DNA from: Porpidia crustulata
Lineage: Eukaryota
Assembly (NCBI GenBank): GCA_964255105.1
Contig: CAXUWE010000010.1
Location: 1-34,155 of the forward strand
Direction: 5' to 3'
Length of the DNA stretch: 34,155 nucleotides
Part shown: positions 25,236-34,155 of the stretch, piece after piece
Layout of the letters: each line of letters begins with the position of its first letter
How positions within the stretch are numbered: position 1 is the stretch's first letter
Notes under the pieces: model-generated
Seen by the model: only the letters and a program-made list of their open reading frames with translations
The model's database searches: none
Told to the model about the DNA's origin: nothing
Made by a program: the position numbers and the translations under genes

Positions 25236-25347
25236 ACTCGTTCTCACCCCTCAACGGACCACCTAACCAAGCTAACCTAGGCACGTAGGGTTAGGGTTAC
25301 ATATACCAGCGCTGGTTAGGGTGGTCCGTTGAGGGGTGAGAAAGAGT
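25236..25347. repeat. About 35-bp imperfect inverted repeat (arms 25236-25269 and 25313-25347) around a 43-nt spacer with TTAGGG-type motifs
   Basis: Left arm ACTCGTTCTCACCCCTCAACGGACCACCTAACCA versus right arm TGGTTAGGGTGGTCCGTTGAGGGGTGAGAAAGAGT: 1 mismatch and 1 indel. The spacer contains TAGGGTTAGGGTTA (25286-25299). Confidence 0.92.
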
Positions 25348-25358
25348 CAAGACAGTCG

Positions 25359-25370
25359 TCACGTCACGTG
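25359..25370. promoter_or_regulatory. Overlapping CRE-like (ACGTCA) and GTCACGTG E-box (Cbf1-type bHLH) motifs in the UBP3/MAG2 divergent promoter
   Basis: The sequence is TCACGTCACGTG, about 205 nt upstream of the MAG2 ATG. Motif match only. Confidence 0.4.
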
Positions 25371-25574
25371 CCTTTGATGTGGCTCGCAATGACTCCCGTC
25401 CATCCCCCTCAGTATGGTGTACACTACTATTCCAGTCCCACCCCCTCGGGGAACGACGAACTCACAAAGCATAAGATCCTTGCAGCTTATCCGTAGGATT
25501 TCGGATTCCTGTCATACATAGAAAGTGGATAGATCCGCTTCGAGATATACTATTCCTTCCTCGGGATTTGCAGG

Positions 25575-27985
25575 ATGTCCAATTCAGTGCCTTCGGTGGT
25601 CATATCGAAGAACTCGAATCCACCCTCTCAATTACTATCCCCCTCACAGCCTCAGAACAGCTCTTTGTTTTCTTTCGAGACTCATGCCCAGCGCCGGAGT
25701 GGCGGATCTGGTAGCTACGGTGCTGGTTCAACCTCTCGTACTACATCATTCACAGCCAGAAGTAACCAACAGCTCCGGAAACAGCACAAGGGCCAACGAC
25801 GGCTAAAGCTCGCGGATGAGGATGCTGCTGCTGAGTCCGTGAGCAAGCCTTCCGGGCCTCCGTCCTACGTGCGGCTGTCGTGTGACTGACGACATGCATA
25901 GGCGGCGATGCAGTCGACCAACAGCCGTAAGGGGCGTACTTCGATAACCCATCTTATGAACTTCACTCTTCCGCCTCGCCCTCAAAGCCATCAGCACTCC
26001 TATCTAGGGCAGCAGACGCGACGAAACCGGACGTGGGGTTTGGGGTCAGGGCATCATGCCGTAGACAAAGCAAGGCTAGTTACGAGCTACTGCTCAAATT
26101 CCACCAGGTACTAATATTGCTCAGATACATTCACGCCAACTATCGGTTCATTGTAGATCCGAGGGGGAATTATCAAGCTCAGGCTGCGGACGCAGACGTA
26201 CATTTAGACTGGAACGTGGTGCTCCAAATTCTTGTCTCCGCGCAATCGCAATCGACAAACTGCCCTATTTGCCTCTCGACCCCTGTTGCCCCGAGAATGG
26301 GTAAATGTGGGCACATTTTTTGCCTCCCTTGCCTGATTCGATACATGCACTCTACTGATGACTCGAACCCAATGCCGGAGAAAAAGGCCAGATGGAAGAA
26401 ATGTCCAATCTGCTGGGACACCGTTTACATATCCGAGACGCGACCGGTCCGTTGGTTCCAGGGCCAGGAGGGGGAAGCTCCTCAAGAGGGTGGCGACGTC
26501 GTTTTGAGACTAATCACCCGACAGCCAGGAAGTACCCTTGCTCTTCCCCGAGATGGCACAGAGTCTCTTGAGAAGGTGGAAGATATCCCGTGGTATTTTG
26601 CTGCAGAGGTCATGGACTACGCACGTGTTATGAAGGGGAGCGAGGATTATATGGTAGACCAATATGAAGGAGAAATTGCGGACCTTCAAACACATGAGAA
26701 AGAAGACGAATTGATGTTTGGGGAAGAAACTCAGTGGACGAAGAGAGCGGTCTTGGCCATTCAAGAAGCAAAAGAAAAGGTGAGAGGCCTCGGGAATGCT
26801 CCGAGTCCGCCTCAACAACCATTGGAGAAAAAAGCAAAGCGTCCACTCATAAAGTTCCACCAGGACAACGAGGATATCCCTGAATTTTATTTTATGCAGC
26901 ACGCTACGAAATTAGGACAGTCATCGATTGGAGGATGTGCCGTCCGGCAAAGCCAGAGTTCAGAGCTATCTCCTGCTAGAACAATGGACAGACCAACATT
27001 GGGATTTAAAGGCAGCCTGGCAACCGATTTGAATGATGCATCGGCGAACCATCCTATCCCACAACTGCTGAATGGTTCACACATATCCTCGACCCATCCA
27101 CAAGCAAAACCCAGTACCGCAAATCAACATTCACACAACGATACCCCCTTTTTCTTTTACGAGGCATTGCTGCATTACTATCTATCTCCGCTCGATATAC
27201 GTATCCTGAAGACTGCATTCGGTGATTTCGCCAGCTTTCCAACTACCATTCTTCCCCGTGTGGAGCGAGTTTCCACGGGACATATTGTCGACGACGAACT
27301 ACGGCGGCGAGCAAAGTATCTTTCGCACCTTCCTCATGGCTGCGAAGTTGGTTTTCTGGAGTGCAATTGGACGGATGTTGTTGCTCCGGAAATTCTTCAA
27401 GAATTTTCGGATGACATTCAGCGGCGGCGCACTAAGAATCGAGAGAAGGAAGTACGAGAAGAGAAAGAGCGGATCAGGGCTGAGAAGGAAGAAGACGATA
27501 AGCGCTGGCCCAACGCACGGCGGAAACGACCTGATTCCGGTCGTGGGTCGATACTTAGCGCTGATTCTAAGCCAGTGCCATGCCTGGAGGAGAGATTTGA
27601 GGTTTCGCAGTTCATCGGTCTGGAATCTGACTCGTCGTCACCACCATGGACATCTTCACGGGGGCAAAATGGATCAGCTTTTGCTTCGCTGGCATCGCCA
27701 TCTACAAGTCCCAATACTCCGAGAACCGTTTGGGGGACTACTGCGATTATTCCAACATCGCCTACCTTGCCTGCAGTCTCTCAGGAGCATGACCCTTCTG
27801 ATAATGACGGCTGGCTCCAAGGCTGGGAACGGGATCTCCTACACGACGATGCCTTAGTCGCGCAAGTAAATGCAATTTCATTGGCTGAAGCCGATCCCAA
27901 GGCTGTCATAGCTGGTGTTGGCAGCAAGAAGAGAAAGGGTAAGAAGATCACCCTGATGACTACAAATGCACGCAGGGGCGCATGA
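25575..27985 (+). CDS. MAG2: C3HC4 RING E3 ligase of the MAG2/RNF10 family (765 aa; exons 25575-25838, 25902-26074, 26125-27985)
   Basis: SITHLMNFTLPPRP; DKARYIHANYRFIV; RING CPICL..RMGKCGHIFCLPCL..KKCPICWD; YYLSPLDIRILK; DELRRRAKYLSHLP; C-terminal KKRKGKKITLM. Intron 2 has a GC donor. Confidence 0.9.
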
Positions 27986-28345
27986 GTGGCAACGGGCAGC
28001 GATTCCTCATGCTAAACCTTTTGGGACGGAAGCTGTACGTCCTTCTAGTATATCTATCCTTACTAGCAACTGCCATAGGGCTCCGTAGAACCTGAACTTA
28101 GGCTTGATCGTTTGTAAAGATGATACAACTGTCAAGGACCAAGGTTTTCAGATCTGCGCATTGATTCGGTGACGGTAAAGTGAGTCGCAACTAACGTGGC
28201 TAGCTCCCGGCGCTACCTGGCGTAAGCCGATTTAACCTTTTTTACGCGTACCTTAATGACGTGTTGCGACTCTTCATTCGTCAGAAGAAAAATACACTAT
28301 CTAAAAGGAGAACAATATTAAATATTTTCGCTGCAATTTTATCGG

Positions 28346-28352
28346 TATACGA
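28346..28352 (-). promoter_or_regulatory. Candidate sterol regulatory element (TCGTATA) upstream of ERG4
   Basis: TATACGA on the + strand, about 105 nt upstream of the ATG, matches the yeast Upc2/Ecm22 site. A single 7-mer. Confidence 0.3.
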
Positions 28353-28457
28353 GGAAGGTGCGCGAACATCAATCATGAATATCTAGCATTCAACGTAATT
28401 TCTCAGTTGCTTCAGTGTGACAGTCTAATTTCCTTGCAATCATTTTTCTGCCCTTCA

Positions 28458-30431
28458 ATGACCTTGACTCGAAGCCAGACGGGGAGAACCCCAAAGTATG
28501 GTTATTTTTACTCAATTGTCCAATGCCTTTCACTCCATGTTCCACAGTCAAGTTTCAGGATAGTTAGGATTTGCGAAATGCTAATGTGTCTCTAGAAAGA
28601 GGGCGGATCCAAATTACGTCGATATATCAACGCGCTGGTCGCGCTGTCGTCAATCGGAAATCCCCGATATCAGCAGCGAGGAGTCTGAGGCGCAAGATAA
28701 GAAGATTAATGGGCAACCTTCTGCTAGGAGCAAGCCAATTAGCAGGACAGCTAAACCGAACGGTGTTACTAGTCGCATAGTCAACACCACAGTCAATGGT
28801 GCAGCCAAAGGTGCAGCGAACGGTGCAACGAACGGTACAGCGAACGGTACAGCCAATGGTACAGCCAATGGCACAGCCAACGGTATAGCTAACGGACTCA
28901 CTGAGAGAAACAAAAAGCTCATTGGTAAAGCTGGAGCGGGCAAAGACCATCGAATCGACTATACTGGACACTTTGAGTTTGGCGGAGCATGGGGTGTCAG
29001 TGCCATGATGATCGGATTCCCCTTGCTTATGTGGTACATGTGGATCGGCGCAACGTACTATAACGGTCATCTCCCGTTACCGGCTGATGGAGAAAATGTG
29101 TCCGAATTCGTGCGTCACATGGGTTCTTTGGTATTCGAAGGTGCTTTCCCGACAATCAAGGCTTGGATTATTTATTGGAGCTTCTTTGTGTTCGAGATGA
29201 TCTGTTACCTATACTTGCCCGGTATCACAACTAAGGGAAAGCCTTTGGCACATGCAGGAGGCAGGCGACTGACCTACTACTGCTCTGGAACGTGGTCTCT
29301 TTACACCACTATTGTCATGGCAGCCATCCTCCATGTGACGGGCGTATTCAAACTGTATACACTCATTGATGAGTTTGGACCCCTGATGTCGGTTGCGATT
29401 ATCACTGGCTACTTCGTTTCATTTATTGCATACGTCTCTGCCCTGTACAGAGGTGCAGAGCATCGCATGTCTGGCTCTCCTGTGTACGACTTCTTCATGG
29501 GCGCAGAATTAAATCCGAGGATGTTCGGAATCTTAGACTTCAAGATGTTTTTTGAGGTTAGGTTACCATGGTACATTCTTTTTTTGCTCTCGTCTGCGGC
29601 AGCAGCACGTCAGTACGAACAGTTTGGCTGGGTCTCAGGCGAAGTTGGGTTCCTAGTCATGGCCCATTTCCTTTACGCAAATGCGTGTTCTAAGGGCGAG
29701 GAACTAATCGTAACCACCTGGTAAGCAAAAATTCGTTGATACTTGAAATCTTGCTTATGCAACGCCTAGGGACATGTATTATGAAAAATGGGGATTCATG
29801 CTCATTTTTTGGAATCTCGCTGGCGTACCACTCAGTTACTGCCATTGTACAATATTCTTGGCAAACCATGCACCATCTGTTTATCGGTGGAACCGCTTTG
29901 GATTGGCTGTATTCTACATCGCTTACCTCTTCGTCTATTGGGTTTGGGATACTGCCAATAGCCAGAAGAACTGTTTCAGACACGAGGAGCGAGGCACGCT
30001 CACGAACCGGAAAGCATTTCCCCAACTGCCATGGCAAAGAGTCAAGAACCCGAAGACCATTGAGACCGAGGCCGGGGATTCCTTATTGGTAGATGGGTGG
30101 TGTAAGTTTTGTTTCAAGACAGAATTGCTTCGCAGCCGGCTGACGCAACGGCAGACGGGTATGCCAGGAAGATCAATTACACCTGCGACTTGTATTTCGC
30201 GTTATCGTGGGGCCTCATCACGGGTTTCAGAAGCCCATTCCCGTGGTTTTACCCTCTATTCTTTGCGGTTATGATAGCGCATAGAGCACTCCGCGATATC
30301 CAAAAGTGCCAGACAAAATACGGCGAGGCTTGGGACGAGTATACCCGACGGGTTCCATACTTATTTATACCGGTAAATGACTCCTCTAGTTTCGCTATTC
30401 CTCAACTAACAACCCTTAGTATGTATTGTGA
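28458..30431 (+). CDS. ERG4: Delta24(24(1))-sterol reductase (574 aa; exons 28458-28495, 28596-29720, 29770-30101, 30155-30372, 30420-30431)
   Basis: [107 protein letters not shown]. Four GT-AG introns. Confidence 0.95.
28795..28896 (+). repeat. Coding minisatellite, 12-bp unit x 8.5 (consensus AAYGGTRCAGCC), encoding (NGAA/NGTA)n
   Basis: AATGGTGCAGCC AAAGGTGCAGCG AACGGTGCAACG AACGGTACAGCG AACGGTACAGCC AATGGTACAGCC AATGGCACAGCC AACGGTATAGCT AACGGA. Confidence 0.95.
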
Positions 30432-30661
30432 GAGTCTGCGACCATTGGGGGGTGTACATACTGTATATATATACTGTCATAATACCAATCATAATTCAAT
30501 TGGGATAACTGTTCCTGCTTTAGTGAATTTTTGTTTGAAAACCTTCCTCGTTAAGAAATCGAATGGTTGCCGACCTGCGCTTAAGTCGTCACCTACGACG
30601 TGGGGTCGGGTAAGGTTTAAAGCTTCATAGATGCTCTCTAAACCGACACCGAAGCGACAAA

Positions 30662-31757
30662 ATGCATATCAATGAATCCTTCAAAGATGTGCCAACCAAG
30701 GCGGACGGTAACGGGACCATGCGTAAGGGTTTGGGGGGCGATCTAAAGCATATTAAATTGTTGACTATGATGGGGTAGGTATTTTCATATTCCATCCCAC
30801 CATACCAAATTACCCGAAAGCGCGATATCCCGGAGTGGTCGTCTTCAGCGAGATATACCAAGGCATGGCATGGAAACAAGTCTAAAACGCCATGGATGAG
30901 TCGATTGACGTCGCCGCATAGTCACCGGACCTGTTCAGCGTTTCGCGAGGCAAATAGCAGGCCATGGCTACATAGTTGCGGCACCGTCGTCGTACCATGA
31001 ATTCACTAGCCCAGAGCCGCTTAGCTATGACGTGGCAGGAACAGACAATGGAAATGAGTGGAAGATTCAAAAGGCTCATCTTACCTGTCATGAGTACTTG
31101 TAAAATAGTTAGTTAACTCCATGACTAGAAAATTTCCGCCTACGATGAAGATGCTTCTCTCTCGGTCTCAACCCTCATGTCCCTTCCCACATGCAACGGG
31201 CGAATAGGTTCAACTGGCATGTGTCTCGGCGGTCACCTGGCATACCGATGTGCGCTCGATCAAAGAGTCGCTGCTGCAGTATGTTATTTCGCCACTGACA
31301 TACATAGCCATTCTTTGGGGCAAGGCAGGAACGACGACAGTTTAGAAAGGACGGGCGATATTAAAGGGGAGCTGATCATGGTACGTTGGGGGTTAGAACG
31401 TACCCACAGAAGCGCTAGATAAACTCATGATTGCCTAGATCTTTGGCAAGAAGGACAATCACGTCCCGTCTCAGGGGCGAGACCTGATCAGGAAGACTTT
31501 GCATGAGAAGGGAATATGCTTTAGCTTCTACGAGGTTGCACACGCGCAACGTGGGTGTCTCTGATTCTACTTGATTACTATTTCATGCTGATGGATAAGC
31601 AGATGCCTTCATCAGGGATGAACTCAGCAAAGGCAGGTACGATCCGGCTATTTCGAAAATTTGTTTCGAAATGCTTCTGGAAGTGTTCTCAAGAACGCTG
31701 AAATCAGATTTGGGCCCGAGGGATGGAGTTGAGGCGGCAGTGGAGAATGTTTGCTGA
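30662..31757 (+). CDS. Dienelactone hydrolase family protein (271 aa; exons 30662-30722, 30779-30862, 30922-31073, 31129-31380, 31439-31550, 31603-31757)
   Basis: FSEIYQVTGPV; nucleophile elbow GMCLGG; KKDNHVP; AQHAFIRDELSKGRYDP (Cys-Asp-His triad). Five introns, two of which need GC donors. The spliced length of 816 nt is in frame. Confidence 0.9.
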
Positions 31758-34155
31758 GACTATACTACCATTGAGTAAGAGTTTGCCAATTCCGACTTGT
31801 CTGAGCCATCACGCTGTGTAACACGGACCTTTCTCCATAGGCGGCCGCTTCTAGCACGGTCTTACTCCAAAGCATCCACGCCTGACCGAGTCCGACTCAC
31901 TTAAGATCAGCTCCTTTCTTCCCACGAAGGCCGACTGCCTCTCCCTATCACCTTTCTTTTTGTCTTTATTTTGTCTATACACGCAACAGACATAGATTAC
32001 CCAGCAGTCTTCATGCTAAATTGTTGATCGTCTTGCAGTACTAGAATCCTACGAAAGAAAGACCTGAGCTACGGTAATAAGCCAGTAATAGACAATTGTG
32101 CTGACCTCTACTGGGCCAATGGAAAGTCTCATGTAGTTATAGTTCTCAAATGTCTCGTTCCTCAAAGCATTACAGTCCCGGCCGCTATGGCGCAAAGCCC
32201 AGTTTAGGAATATCACGCTCACAGTCGCCAGCAACATTCTTGAAGACAAAATGATCCATTCATTTACCTGTATGTATATCGACTGAAGATTGGTGACACA
32301 TTTCATAAGAATTAGGCGAATCGTTTGTGTCTACTTTGATTGTCATGACTTTGGCTACCAATCCTAAATCTATCGTGGTTTCTTTATATAATATTCTCAT
32401 CATAGCTACTTTTTCAAGTCGATTACTTCAAAGCTGAGCTTCTCGCATTCAATCGTTTCTTTGACAGGCGTTCCGTACACTTTCTTGTTTTGTCTGCGTC
32501 GATGGCGTATGTAATAGTCACACACGGACCTGTTACCTTCCCAGCAGATCAATGACCTCCAAAGCCGGTAGCAAATCGACTGCAACCATCTGGACAACAT
32601 CCTCGAAGGCTTCTCGCTGGAAGACTCTCGGCACCTCAGCATATCTCCAAAATTGGACAGCATACTACATGCCAGGATGCGCCATCACAAAAGCTTTAGA
32701 TCTTGCATATTGTTTCCAGAAACACGCACAAGAATCGGCCCTCAGCTAAAATTGCGGCACCGTTGCTATTAGTGAATAAGCAATACTGTCGGATCTCAAT
32801 GCTAGTGGATCATACGTCCCACCAGCTGACTGCATCGTCGTATAGAACATGTACGTATGTGAGTGTGGGTGCAGCAGCCCTGCCCAGGACTGCAAGAACG
32901 GCAAAGGTAGAGGAGAGTCTACTTATATGACGACCCCATCCAAGCAGACACCGCCGCAGCCGCCTTGACTGCGCAGGACTGTGTCAGCAACTTGGCCCAG
33001 TCGTTCAATCCCGAGTATTGTTTGACCTGATTGAAAATTACTCGACGAATATAGGCCAGCATCCTAGCTGACAATAACGGCAACGCCACCCACTTCATCG
33101 CCTTGGCCACAACCGGCGCCTCTCTGCAGCGAGTCTTTAGCTGAGATCCAGACTAGTATTCCGCGAGATCCCGCAGTTCTTGACCAAAACTGCCGGTTCC
33201 CAAGCTCTCCTCCGCCAGGGCAGCTATATCGCCTCTGAGAACGACGCCGGCCATCATCAATCCGCAAGGTGTAACGCCGCAATTAAACTTGATAAGACAG
33301 GCATCTAGAGCCTCTTCCCTATCTCGATATACCGAGCGACATGGCCTGCTCTATGCTATGAATTTTCGCGCAACGGCGAGGCGAGAAGCGGGATCTGCAC
33401 GCTCCTTTTTGTTGAAAGTTGATATTTGTAGTGGATTAGCAAATGGACAGGTGCGGTCGCATTTTGTTCAACACTTTTACCGGTAGCTTGGTCACAAGAG
33501 GCTCGCACATATCTTGAATCAGACTGTAGATATCCTACCATGGTAACGCATCGTGATCCAATTACACCATAAACCGCCAGGGCACCTACCGCGCCTTCAC
33601 CATCTACCCGTCGCGATGAGGTTTCTTTGGCGCGGGGATATTGGAGCAGTGACGGTGGATATATAAGTTTTTGCAGAATGGGGAAATGCCACGGATCGCG
33701 CGTCCCATTTGTCTACGGCGTTTGCTGTGGTTGAGTATGAGTTTTATACGCCTTTTTGTGTATGTGGGAAGTAAAGGGGTTGGATTGATCGTACCAAAGC
33801 ACATTCTTAATTCTTGCCACATATTCGATGTCACAAGTGTTATCTCCTGAGCTCTCCGCGCTTTGAACCCGAGTCGAAATGGTGTGTTGTCACGGCGATG
33901 AATCTTTCATGAGTTGAGGTAGGACATACATTCGCTCGTGTTTTGCAAAAGGTCGATTACTTCTTTGTATAATATCCAGTAAGATCCCTGCCATGATTCT
34001 TTCTCGTCCTGGTCCGTCATCTTCATCCTTCAAAGCAAGTTCCTGCATTCAAGTTTTCTAATGGCTCAATATAATCCTTTTCACGTTCCCTCCAACCTCT
34101 TCCCTCTTCAACACCTTCCCCCTCCTCCCCTATCCATCCTCCCGTCCTCCACTCC

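Noticed and set aside
25286..25299. TTAGGG motifs as a telomere or chromosome-fusion scar
   Set aside because: Only about 2.3 units, embedded in an inverted repeat between core genes.
27222..27857. 211-aa alternative-frame ORF inside MAG2
   Set aside because: Non-ATG start, no recognisable motifs, and fully explained by overlap with the MAG2 CDS.
28627..29070. Antisense ORFs with VRCT and AVPL repeats
   Set aside because: They are shadows of the ERG4 12-bp coding repeat.
31770..31960. GC-rich stretch after the dienelactone hydrolase stop as a possible ncRNA
   Set aside because: No tRNA, snoRNA or snRNA hallmarks recognised; probably 3' UTR.
34080..34155. C/T-rich tract at the window end
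   Set aside because: Low complexity and truncated; no defined repeat unit.
1..34155. Autonomous transposon, CRISPR array, rRNA/tRNA genes or a secondary-metabolite cluster
   Set aside because: No transposase or RT motifs, repeat-spacer arrays, RNA-gene signatures or PKS/NRPS genes were seen.

Overview
Gene-dense, intron-containing genomic DNA from a filamentous ascomycete (Pezizomycotina, inferred from short 48-100 nt introns with CTRAY branch sites and from gene content). Hand-spliced genes, in order: Nudix hydrolase (-), head-to-head with a VTC2/3-type polyphosphate polymerase subunit (+); a 692-aa uncharacterised protein (+); a PREG/Pho80 cyclin (-), divergent from an ARMC8/Vid28 (Gid5)-like armadillo protein (+); a frameshifted fructosamine-3-kinase (+); an F-box-like protein and an orphan ORF in an accessory-looking stretch; the UBP3/USP10 deubiquitinase (-), head-to-head with a MAG2/RNF10 RING E3 ligase (+); ERG4 (+); and a dienelactone hydrolase (+). 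The best candidate for an undescribed system is the UBP3-MAG2 pair. In yeast and human these families act antagonistically on 40S ribosomal ubiquitination, and here they share an 854-bp region containing a ~35-bp inverted repeat around TTAGGG motifs. Other notable points are a VTC2/3 subunit that appears to keep the Vtc4 catalytic lysine, a phosphate-themed neighbourhood, and three predicted GC-AG introns. All family assignments come from motif recognition; no database searches were run.
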